Shown here piece by piece: positions 18,291 to 26,200 of a DNA stretch of 64,000 bases (the first letter of the stretch is position 1; each line of letters begins with the position of its first letter). The stretch is from a virus (lineage: Duplodnaviria; Caudoviricetes). The stretch lies in IMG/VR virus record IMGVR_UViG_3300002220_000425, positions 1,989-65,988 of that record; one strand, written 5' to 3'. The notes beneath the pieces were generated by a model. The model searched no databases. It saw only the letters and a list, made by a program, of their open reading frames with translations, and was not told the DNA's origin. The position numbers and the translations under genes are program-made.

Positions 18291-18619
18291 GGTTGCTCCT
18301 GATTTCCTTTGGCCTTGTTGATTGCGGCTTGAACCGCTTTGAGTGCTGGGAACTCGTCAAGAGACGCGGTTGTCTTGACGCTTTCGTGGAAGCTGTTCAG
18401 GATGCCCTCAAGTGCTTCGAGCATGTCGGGTGCAGCGGCAATCAGATTTGCGTTCGCTAGGTCTGTTTCCGTTGCAGTGTTGCCGTATGGCATTTCAAAG
18501 AACTTTGCCCGTGGTGGCATTGCTGGTCCGATTGGAGGCACGATCACGTTGAGGTATTCGCCACCACCACAAGCCTTGCCGTGTGACACTCTCCACGGTC
18601 CAGGTGTATGATTGCTCAT
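18281..18619 (-). CDS. Widespread phage hypothetical protein
   Basis: HTPGPW...ANANLIAAAPDMLEAL motif. Confidence 0.75.
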   Translation of the reverse strand: MSNHTPGPWRVSHGKACGGGEYLNVIVPPIGPAMPPRAKFFEMPYGNTATETDLANANLIAAAPDMLEALEGILNSFHESVKTTASLDEFPALKAVQAAINKAKGNQEQPCS

Positions 18620-18627
18620 GGTTGCTC

Positions 18628-18894
18628 CTATTCGAGAAAGCGGTAGTGATCAGAGTCTTCAGTTTGGATTGCCTTGGCCTTTTCGCGGGCGTCGTCAAGG
18701 CACTCACACATGGCATGGATCTTGAAGCGACCACGCCATGACAGTTCAACGTGGCTGCAAGGGCCACAGATCGGACACTCGAACGATGGAAGCCCATCGA
18801 GCAATTGCTGAGTTTCGGGTTCTGTCCGAGCACCAACATCAGCGATTCGCAATGTCTGCTGAGCGTACTTGTTGCAGGATACAACGGCCAACAT
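18628..18894 (-). CDS. Hypothetical Cys-rich protein
   Basis: CPICGPC, CECL; start after TGGAG. Confidence 0.55.
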   Translation of the reverse strand: MLAVVSCNKYAQQTLRIADVGARTEPETQQLLDGLPSFECPICGPCSHVELSWRGRFKIHAMCECLDDAREKAKAIQTEDSDHYRFLE

Positions 18895-18973
18895 GGGGGA
18901 AGTCTCCAAACGGGTAACGGGTAAAACCAGTGATGCCCCTAAACGCTGCTGCTGAGTAGGGGCAAGGCTGGGC

Positions 18974-19273
18974 TTACCGCATGTTCAAAGACATGGAGAT
19001 GATTTGGCTCCACGAGTCACTGAAGTGCGACTTCTCGTAACGCAAGCATCGATGTTCGACGTGCGACTTCATGCTGGCGATTCGATCTTGCAGCTTCGGC
19101 TTGGTCAGACCACGGATCATCGACTTGAACTCGGTGCCATCTTCGGACGTGTAGATCACGGGAACGAAGTACCGATAGCGGTTGCTTGCCGGAAGGCGTT
19201 GAGCAAACTCTTTGCCCATGTCGGCAACCTCGTTCACGATCTTCATGGAAACTATTACGTGTGCGTTCGTCAT
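18974..19273 (-). CDS. Hypothetical protein
   Basis: 99-aa ORF with TGGAG SD. Confidence 0.6.
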   Translation of the reverse strand: MTNAHVIVSMKIVNEVADMGKEFAQRLPASNRYRYFVPVIYTSEDGTEFKSMIRGLTKPKLQDRIASMKSHVEHRCLRYEKSHFSDSWSQIISMSLNMR

Positions 19274-19351
19274 TGCATTGCTCCAAGGGTGAAACGTTAC
19301 AGGGTAAAACCAGAGCCGAGCCGCCCTGTCGAAGCGGCGCGGGTGCTGGGT

Positions 19352-19618
19352 TCACTCAGCGTCATCGTCTTCGCCATCACCAAACAGTTCTGTCCATCCA
19401 ACTGGCGAAGTGCCAGAGATCAAGAACTCACGATCTTCGGCAGGCAGTTCTGGGAAAGCCTCTTGGATTCGTGCTCCACTGGAGTATCGATCAAACCCTT
19501 CCATTGGCACTTGGACCGAATAGGATTCGCCAGTGACAATGCAAGGCCCGGTGAACACAAGTGATAGTTCAGGTGCGACAACGGCACGGCAGTGGCAAGC
19601 GGCTAAGGCATATCGCAT
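19352..19618 (-). CDS. Conserved phage hypothetical protein
   Basis: GARIQEAFPELPAEDREFLISG..P.GW..LF motif. Confidence 0.65.
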   Translation of the reverse strand: MRYALAACHCRAVVAPELSLVFTGPCIVTGESYSVQVPMEGFDRYSSGARIQEAFPELPAEDREFLISGTSPVGWTELFGDGEDDDAE

Positions 19619-19687
19619 GACTGATGCTCCATTAGGGTTAAACGTTACAGGGTGAAACGGACCAGAACCGGCAGTCCGTCACCACAG

Positions 19688-19706
19688 TTATCCGGCAGGG
19701 GTGACA
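19688..19706 (-). promoter_or_regulatory. Phage promoter-like motif (first of the leftward early region)
   Basis: TGTCACCCCTGCCGGATAA(C). Confidence 0.75.
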
Positions 19707-19910
19707 GGCCGACTAATGCCACCTTCAAAAAACTTTCCAAAAAGTTACAGACAGTCACTTTACTCTGGAGTGAGAGACGGTAGAGTGATTGCGGCTTCGG
19801 TTTGGATAACCGGAAGTCTGTTGGTGTTCTTTGGGTTAGTGATTAACACGCCCCTGGTACAAGGCTATCTGCTTGTAGAGCAATAGCTGGTAAACCGCAT
19901 GGGGCTCCAT

Positions 19911-19982
19911 TTCGGGGTGGAGAAGTAGTAACTCGTGAGGCTCATAACCTCAAGATCGCTGGTGCGAACCCAGCCCCCGAGA
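19911..19982 (+). tRNA. tRNA-Met(CAU), initiator-like variant
   Basis: Cloverleaf: TTCGGGG/CCCCGAG, D-stem GAG/CTC, TGAGG-CTCATAA-CCTCA, GCTGG-TGCGAAC-CCAGC; CCA not encoded. Confidence 0.85.
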
Positions 19983-20020
19983 CTGTCGCTGCCCTGAACG
20001 CCAACGACTACCATCTACGA

Positions 20021-20062
20021 AGCAGCCATGGAGCCTTGTAAACTCCGTGGCTGTTTTCGTTT
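20021..20062 (+). terminator. Terminator after the tRNA
   Basis: CAGCCATGGAG-N9-CTCCGTGGCTG-TTTTCGTTTC. Confidence 0.7.
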
Positions 20063-20350
20063 CTAAGCTAAGGCCCCACTGCTATAAACCGGCCCTAGAA
20101 TGATCCCGGGTCGTCGAAGGCGCTGCGGTTCCATCGGGGTCGTGTTTGAATCAACGCAATCTTCAGCGGCAAGGCCAATGTCGTTGGGGCGTCTGAGGAC
20201 TCTCTGCGGGGAGCGGTGCGGGACGTTAATCATCAGCGGTGGGCGAAGTAAGCGAGTGCGGCTCCGAAGGTTGGGGTTCTCTTACGCAACAGCCTGGTAA
20301 GGGCTCGTTGCGCTCATGCTCTCCAAAGGTTGGCGTTACCAACAACGATT

Positions 20351-20746
20351 ATGACCAAGCAAACAGTGCGACTGGCTTACGAACAACGAGACGCAGTGCT
20401 CAGGGCGATGGGGTTTCCGAGCTACCGCGCGTACCGCCAGTCTGGAATGTGGATTCGGATACGTGAAAAGCAGTTGGCGGATCAGCCGTGGTGTACGGGC
20501 TGCGGTCGCAAAGCTTCGCAGGTTCACCATCTGCGATACGACAAGCAGACGTTGCAAGGACGGCGCCCTAGCAACTTGGTTTCTGTCTGTGGCCATTGCC
20601 ACTTCTCAAGTGAGTTTGATTCAATCGGCACAAAATTGAGCATTGACGAAGCGAACAAGCGGCTTTTGGCGAAGTTGCGATCTTCACCCATTGCGTCAAG
20701 GATGAGTTCTGGTTCGTCAAAGAAAGGCAAGCGGTTTACCAAATGA
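20351..20746 (+). CDS. Small HNH endonuclease
   Basis: YRAY.QS..W..IR, CTGCG, VHHLRY, NLVSVCGHCH. Confidence 0.85.
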   Translation: MTKQTVRLAYEQRDAVLRAMGFPSYRAYRQSGMWIRIREKQLADQPWCTGCGRKASQVHHLRYDKQTLQGRRPSNLVSVCGHCHFSSEFDSIGTKLSIDEANKRLLAKLRSSPIASRMSSGSSKKGKRFTK

Positions 20747-21048
20747 ACTACAAGAGCAAGCGGAAAACCCATTCAAAGCGACAAGAACGCATCGCGCGAT
20801 ACCAAGAGGATTCACGCAAGAAGGTGATCGAACCGATTCCCTCAAAGCCCGGTACAGTGTTCGAGCCAATGATCTGCATGGATTGCGAGACGGTCTACAC
20901 AACTGACGACACCCATATCCGAATGAACTCCAAGGTGTTGTGCATCAAGTGCGAGGGAATGCTGATGTTGTTGCACCAATACGACGCAGACCGGGACGAG
21001 TGTGAGCTTGACGTTCGCTTGAAGGAAACGCTTCGGACCACGCTGTAA
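20743..21048 (+). CDS. Zn-ribbon hypothetical protein
   Basis: CMDC...CIKC. Confidence 0.6.
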   Translation: MNYKSKRKTHSKRQERIARYQEDSRKKVIEPIPSKPGTVFEPMICMDCETVYTTDDTHIRMNSKVLCIKCEGMLMLLHQYDADRDECELDVRLKETLRTTL

Positions 21049-21068
21049 CGTTGCATCCCCCTTCCATC

Positions 21069-21087
21069 TGTCACCCCCAGCGGATAA
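21069..21087 (+). promoter_or_regulatory. Phage promoter-like motif with downstream palindrome
   Basis: TGTCACCCCCAGCGGATAA(T); CCTGTAACGTTACAGG at 21101-21116. Confidence 0.75.
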
Positions 21088-21147
21088 TGCTAGTGACAGC
21101 CCTGTAACGTTACAGGCTGGGTTTAGAGCTTACTAAAGGGGGACGGG

Positions 21148-21747
21148 ATGATGGGTGAGTTTGTGTTCGATGTGCTGTTCTGGTCGGTTTACACAGTGAT
21201 CATCATGTGGAGCGTCTGGGTTATTACTCAGAAGCACTACGGCAGGAAGTTGAAGCAGGAAAGAGCCTGGACGGACGAGGCTATTGCCGGTACTGAACGC
21301 ATCGCGAAGGATCTGGAGTCAACCCGTAAGCTGAACGTGGAAATTGCCAGGGAACTGGATACAAACAAGCACGAAGTGGGCAGGCTTGCCGATCAGCGCA
21401 AGGAATTGCTTCAGAAGTTGCTTGGACAAGGCGGCGATAACAAGCGGCTACAGGACGAACTTGACAAGGCCGTAGGTGAACGCGCGGGAGTGGTGAAGGT
21501 GAACCATGAACTAGCCGAAGAGAACACCCAACTACGTGCCAAGCTTGAAGACACCGAGAAGGCATTGGACATCAACGACAAAGCTGGTTCGGCAAAGTTC
21601 ATGAAGTTCATGGAAGCCAAGAAGCTTGTTCGTGCAGAGGTGGCCTATCACCTTAGCAGGGCGAACGAACTGAACGTATGGTTGAAGGCGAGCGATTTCC
21701 AACTCGACAAAGCCCCCGAGAACGCTCCAAAGCCCAATAGTGACTGA
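21148..21747 (+). CDS. Membrane-anchored coiled-coil protein
   Basis: N-terminal hydrophobic segment VLFWSVYTVIIMWSVWVI then long coiled coil. Confidence 0.65.
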   Translation: MMGEFVFDVLFWSVYTVIIMWSVWVITQKHYGRKLKQERAWTDEAIAGTERIAKDLESTRKLNVEIARELDTNKHEVGRLADQRKELLQKLLGQGGDNKRLQDELDKAVGERAGVVKVNHELAEENTQLRAKLEDTEKALDINDKAGSAKFMKFMEAKKLVRAEVAYHLSRANELNVWLKASDFQLDKAPENAPKPNSD

Positions 21748-21800
21748 TTGTCACGTCAAGCCGTTTGCGCTCGAAATAGGCCCAGAAATGAAAGCCCCCA

Positions 21801-22253
21801 ATGGTGTACCGCAAGAAAGCAAGACAGATCGACAAGAAGAGCAAGCCCCGTAGCGTAATCAAAGCCCCGTTGTGTCCATACTGTGGCAAACGGAGCAAAT
21901 TGATGACGGGCGCCGAAGCGTTAAGCACGGAGATTGGCGAAGAGCGACCAGACTTACTCAAGAAGTTGTGCTATGCGTGTTTGCCTTGTAACGCGCGTGT
22001 GTGGTGCCACAATCGAGACGGAAGCCCCCTTGGCACATTGGCCAATCGGGAATGCCGGTTGTTGCGTAAGATCTGCCACAAGCTGTTCGATGAACTGTGG
22101 GAGAGTGGTCGCATGACGCGCGATGGAGCTTACGTTTGGTTGGCCAAGCAACTAGGGCTTACACGTAGGCAATGCCACTTTGCACTATTTGAAGAGACAA
22201 TGTGCAGACGCGCGATAGAGATTCTGGAGCACGAGAAGCTATTTCGTGCGTAA
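21801..22253 (+). CDS. DUF3268-like zinc-finger protein
   Basis: CPYCG, CLPCNARVWCH, PLGTLAN, CHKLFDELW, AYVWLAKQLG, CHFALF. Confidence 0.8.
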   Translation: MVYRKKARQIDKKSKPRSVIKAPLCPYCGKRSKLMTGAEALSTEIGEERPDLLKKLCYACLPCNARVWCHNRDGSPLGTLANRECRLLRKICHKLFDELWESGRMTRDGAYVWLAKQLGLTRRQCHFALFEETMCRRAIEILEHEKLFRA

Positions 22254-22464
22254 ATGGGTGCATATCGGCCAGCCTAGACTGGTCGATTTTCGTGTTCTCT
22301 GGCGGCACTCCAGCCTGTCCTGTCCTGCCCCTCCCGTATGTGGTATGCCGCTGGCACTTGGCGTATCGGCTATCCGTTGGCGATCGGCCTATCCGATTGG
22401 CGGATTGGCGATCGTCTGCGGCACTGTGCTGTGAGCCGTGCGCCGCTGCGGTCGGTCAATTCAG

Positions 22465-22483
22465 TTATCCGGCTGGCATGACA
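22465..22483 (-). promoter_or_regulatory. Phage promoter-like motif with no downstream ORF
   Basis: TGTCATGCCAGCCGGATAA(C). Confidence 0.65.
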
Positions 22484-22587
22484 ACGGGGGCAGGGTGCAA
22501 CGTTTCAACCTTGCCGATTGTGGCCCACTGCGTGAGCCGTGCGCCACTGTGAACGCTCGGCATGGCGTTGGGATCATGAAACGAATA

Positions 22588-22617
22588 AACCCCGCCAGAT
22601 ATAAACCTGGCGGGGTT
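22588..22617. terminator. Stem-loop terminator
   Basis: AACCCCGCCAG-N8-CTGGCGGGGTT. Confidence 0.6.
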
Positions 22618-22700
22618 GTCGTTGGTCGATAGTTGGGATCGGCCTAGTGTTCGAATTCGGTGCGAATGCTTAACTGGATTGCGCGTGCACTAGATAGGGA

Positions 22701-22916
22701 TTAGCCGCGGAGAAAGTATCGATAGCCAAAGCTATCACGGGTCTGTTTGCCGATGATCTTTAAACCGCGATAGTAAACCGTGGTTTCAATGATGCGGCCA
22801 TGGCTATCACGCCACTTTGACGATTCTTGACGAGTAGCCTTTGAACTCACGTAGTGGTCAAAATTTCCAGCCCTATCACCGTGAATGCATTCGGTATACT
22901 TGATTTTCGTTTTCAT
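22701..22916 (-). CDS. Hypothetical protein
   Basis: Start MKTKIK after AGGAG. Confidence 0.55.
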   Translation of the reverse strand: MKTKIKYTECIHGDRAGNFDHYVSSKATRQESSKWRDSHGRIIETTVYYRGLKIIGKQTRDSFGYRYFLRG

Positions 22917-23014
22917 TGTTAAATCTCCTAAGTGATTGAAACGGGGAATGATGAAACGAAACAAGCCGGCGCCACTGAAGAGCGGCGCCGGCTACGTTGG
23001 GATCGTGCGGGATG

Positions 23015-23428
23015 TTAGCCGGGCAGTGCGGACAACAGTTCCTGCAATTCAAGTTTGCGGCGCTCGTCTGCGCTCACTGTTGGCGAAACTGCCACGTGTG
23101 CCGATGCGCCCTTGCCGGTTTTCTTGGCCTCGCGCTCTGCCTTCTCACGCAAGACGCGCTCTTCTTCGCCTGGTTTGTCAAGCTTCTCGAATGCTTCCTT
23201 TACCGCTGCCTTGAATCCGGCAAGATCACGCAGAATCGTCAACGCCTGTTCGCCATTCAGTGACCAAGGCCCACCTTGCACTTTGACGCCGCATGACAAG
23301 CCACCTCGGCCCATGAACGTTTGCGCCTCAAACGTCTTCTTCGGCGCTTTGCCCTTCTTCGCTGCCAGCAGCGCTTCAAGTTCGGCAATGGTGATGTCTT
23401 TCGCTGCGGTCTGTGGTTGTGTGCTCAT
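23015..23428 (-). CDS. Hypothetical protein
   Basis: 137 aa, TGGAG SD, downstream of a promoter motif. Confidence 0.65.
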   Translation of the reverse strand: MSTQPQTAAKDITIAELEALLAAKKGKAPKKTFEAQTFMGRGGLSCGVKVQGGPWSLNGEQALTILRDLAGFKAAVKEAFEKLDKPGEEERVLREKAEREAKKTGKGASAHVAVSPTVSADERRKLELQELLSALPG

Positions 23429-23507
23429 TCGTGAGACTCCAAAACGGGTTTGAAACGGGGATGATCAGGCTGAAACGTTACAACCTGTCATGATTCGGAC
23501 AATGGTA

Positions 23508-23526
23508 TTATCAATCAGGGGTGACA
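23508..23526 (-). promoter_or_regulatory. Phage promoter-like motif embedded in the sigma gene's stop region
   Basis: TGTCACCCCTGATTGATAA(T) encodes V-T-P-D-stop. Confidence 0.6.
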
Positions 23527-24083
23527 AGCGATTGCATGTCACGCAATTTATCGGGGGCGAATAGGGCAAAGCGTTGGCGTAGGGTAGCCTTGTATCGTTG
23601 CACTTTGCGTACGGAGCAACCGAGTTCTGCCGCTGCCATTTCGTTGCTCATCTCCAGAAACAACCGTCCGTCAAACGTCATGCCAGATAGAACAATCGCT
23701 GCGCGTAGTTCGTGAACGTCATGGCATAGTCGCGATACGTAGCTGGGCAGTCGGTTGTCGCTGGGTTCGGTGTCGGCCACCAGCGACGAATCAACGGGAT
23801 CGTCTGCGAACGGCGATAGGTGGCCATCATGACAAGCTTGTTGCTCAATCCAGTTGATTAACACTGCATGCACTGAGAGATAAACCGCGCCACGTATTGC
23901 CGATGCTGATTTTGGCGGTCGTTTGGCGATCGTTTCTAAGGCTTTAATCAAGGCGTCTGTGCTGAGGTCGTCAATGTCTGCGGGTTGCATGGTCATGCCA
24001 TACAATCGCAACTTGCGCGTTAGCCGTCTGCGGGCCATTCGCTGAAGTTTCAAGGCGTTGTCGTTGTCAATTTGTGGGATCAC
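23511..24083 (-). CDS. ECF/sigma70-like factor
   Basis: Region-2-like ADIDDLSTDALIKAL; region-4 HTH MSNEMAAAELGCSVRKVQRY; 190 aa. Confidence 0.65.
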   Translation of the reverse strand: MIPQIDNDNALKLQRMARRRLTRKLRLYGMTMQPADIDDLSTDALIKALETIAKRPPKSASAIRGAVYLSVHAVLINWIEQQACHDGHLSPFADDPVDSSLVADTEPSDNRLPSYVSRLCHDVHELRAAIVLSGMTFDGRLFLEMSNEMAAAELGCSVRKVQRYKATLRQRFALFAPDKLRDMQSLVTPD

Positions 24084-24834
24084 GGTAACGAAGTCCTATA
24101 GGCAAGGGAACGGGAACGAAGTCGGCGAACATATCGCCAGTAATATCATGATACGCTGTAACGTTACAACAGGGCAAGGGGATAATCGGCATAAAACGTC
24201 GTAGACAATGAATAAATAAGCGGCCCGTTCTGCCTATTGGCTTAATGCCATGTCATCCGATCTCCGCTCGGCTCACGAATCAACTAAAGAGAACAGACCG
24301 GGAATACACTATGGGATCATGCACGCAACCACTGAAGCCACCACTACACACAATCACCACACAATCACCCACCAATGCCAATCACCCACCAATGAACGCG
24401 ATACACGTAGCATTGCCGCGCCGCTGACTATCCGTATGCCGATCGTCTGCGCCGCTGCGGGGAATGGGTGTTAAAATGGGGGAGATTCTTGGTAAACTGG
24501 GCAAGATAGGCAAGCTATAGCTGCAATGTTGAGCCCTGTTATTAGAAAACTGCCGCAAAATGCCACGTTTTCCGCAGTCCAATCCGATCGACTAGCCCTA
24601 TGCCGTAGGGGGCAGGGTCCCTTTGGCGGCACGACTATTAGTTACGTTCCTCCCCGAACTTTTTCCACCAAAACCGATTTCCCCACTCGGGGGAGAAAAC
24701 CAGTATCCGTGAATCTGCCGCAATTTACGGGCTAAAATGAAAAGCGGGTGTGGTATGCTCACGGGGCGGGATAGACGTGCCGCGAGGTTGCTTCTGCCAC
24801 TGGAGGGGATGAAACGTTACAGGCTGTCATGCTT

Positions 24835-24853
24835 TGTCATGCTTACCGGATAA
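24835..24853 (+). promoter_or_regulatory. Phage promoter-like motif
   Basis: TGTCATGCTTACCGGATAA(T), preceded by a second TGTCATGCTT and a palindrome at 24809-24823. Confidence 0.7.
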
Positions 24854-24873
24854 TATGGATGGCGGGAGAATGG

Positions 24874-24938
24874 GAGGCGGCGGGGCGGGTCCGTAATGCG
24901 AGCAATCGCTAAGGTTGGTTCGATCCCAACACGCTTCA
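24874..24938 (+). ncRNA. tRNA-like element 1 (no anticodon loop)
   Basis: GAGGCGG/ACGCTTC-A acceptor, CGG-N7-CCG, GCGA-GCAA-TCGC, GTTGG-TTCGATC-CCAAC. Confidence 0.6.
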
Positions 24939-25007
24939 CTGTGTGAAATTAACGTCGAGATTCACCGCAAAAACAATACAACGTGACAGCCGGAGAGACG
25001 GCACTTA

Positions 25008-25075
25008 TGAGGCGGCGGCGTGGTGCCGAGCGGAATTATCAGCCCGCAGCCGCGAGTTCGATTCTCGCCCGCCTC
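25008..25075 (+). ncRNA. tRNA-like element 2 (aberrant anticodon loop)
   Basis: GAGGCGG/CCGCCTC-A acceptor, CGGC-GTGGT-GCCG, GCGG-N10-CCGC, GCGAG-TTCGATT-CTCGC. Confidence 0.7.
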
Positions 25076-25106
25076 ATTTAGAGGGTGTTCTTTATGGAGA
25101 CTGTTG

Positions 25107-25478
25107 ATGATTCGATGGGGAGACGAGCAGAAGTCGGCATTGCGTGAGTTTAGTGCTGCTGGTTGGACGCAGGGGCAGATAGCTCGTGCGATGAGTTGCA
25201 GCACGACGACGATTGCCGGGAAGCAAGCTGAGTTGGGTATTAAGTCGATGCCCCGTGGTCGTCGTTCTTACGTGCTTGGCGGCGAGAGCAAGGGTGGAGC
25301 GGTATTTGTGCGGTTGCCGAAGGGGTTGCACCGTGAGTTTGCGGAGATGTGTTTGGATCGCATGGAGTCGATGAATGATTGTTTGGTGAGGCTGATGGCG
25401 GGAGAGGTTGCAGCGTTTCGGGGTGAATTGGTTGAGTCTGAAGCGTTGCAGGGTGAAACGTTACACGGTGGAGAATAG
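25107..25478 (+). CDS. HTH plus ribbon-helix-helix regulator
   Basis: WTQGQIARAMSCSTTTIAGK (GcrA-like HTH) and VFVRLPKGLHREFAEMC..SMND (RHH). Confidence 0.65.
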   Translation: MIRWGDEQKSALREFSAAGWTQGQIARAMSCSTTTIAGKQAELGIKSMPRGRRSYVLGGESKGGAVFVRLPKGLHREFAEMCLDRMESMNDCLVRLMAGEVAAFRGELVESEALQGETLHGGE

Positions 25479-25480
25479 CG

Positions 25481-26035
25481 ATGCGATGGCGTGACGTGAG
25501 GTTTGAGAAGCCGACTGAGGCGGATGCGGATAGCGATAGATACATTTTTCAAAAGCTGACAGGCGGAAGATACACCGCTTGGCACTGGGACAGTCTTGCC
25601 GACTGTATCGCTTGGTGCCCAACCAGCGAACTTCCCGCATTTGATCCGATCCCCGATCCACCCGAGGGCTGGAAGTTCGTGGTGGAGGGCGATGCGTTTG
25701 ATTTTAGATGCCAGGTGTGGGATGCGAGCATTAATCAATATCGACCGCGAAACTATCCTCGCCTGCCACTTACGGCAGGCAACGTTTACATCGTCCCCAT
25801 CGACCCGCCTGCACCACCGGAACCGCAGTATCGACCGTTTGCGAATGCCAAGGAGTTTGCACCGCATCGTGACAGGTGGTGGCGATATGAGAGCGACGTT
25901 TCATCGCGGCGTAGGCCGCCGTGCGCATATGACGGCCTTGGCATTGGCACTGAATCGTGGGAGCAGTGCTTTAATAGCAGGCTTTTTGAAGACGGCAGCC
26001 CCTTCGGCATCAAAGTGGAGCCATTCGAACCATGA
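25481..26035 (+). CDS. Hypothetical protein
   Basis: 184-aa ORF; YRPFANAKEF motif seen in phage proteins. Confidence 0.6.
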   Translation: MRWRDVRFEKPTEADADSDRYIFQKLTGGRYTAWHWDSLADCIAWCPTSELPAFDPIPDPPEGWKFVVEGDAFDFRCQVWDASINQYRPRNYPRLPLTAGNVYIVPIDPPAPPEPQYRPFANAKEFAPHRDRWWRYESDVSSRRRPPCAYDGLGIGTESWEQCFNSRLFEDGSPFGIKVEPFEP

Positions 26036-26199
26036 GCGGCCCTCGATCTGAACCACGTCCGCGATTGACTGACGATCAGGTGCGAGAGATCCGCAAGAGC
26101 GTGGAGGCGTTGAGTGAACTTGCGCGTCGTTACGGAGTGAGTCGGATGACGATACGGGATATTCGGAAGCGAACGAGATACGGGAAGGTGAGGGACTGA
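26032..26199 (+). CDS. 55-aa HTH protein (not in the ORF track)
   Basis: RLTDDQVREIRK...ELARRYGVSRMTIRDIRKR, like the HTH tail of HNH homing nucleases. Confidence 0.65.
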   Translation: MSGPRSEPRPRLTDDQVREIRKSVEALSELARRYGVSRMTIRDIRKRTRYGKVRD

Positions 26200-26200
26200 G

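Noticed and set aside
19701-19886. 61-aa ORF in the divergent switch region
   Set aside because: Starts inside the promoter motif, has no SD and no recognisable motif; probably non-coding.
24824-24845. Pho box (CTGTCAT direct repeat)
   Set aside because: Spacing is 10 rather than 11 nt, it occurs once, and it is explained by partial duplication of the phage motif.
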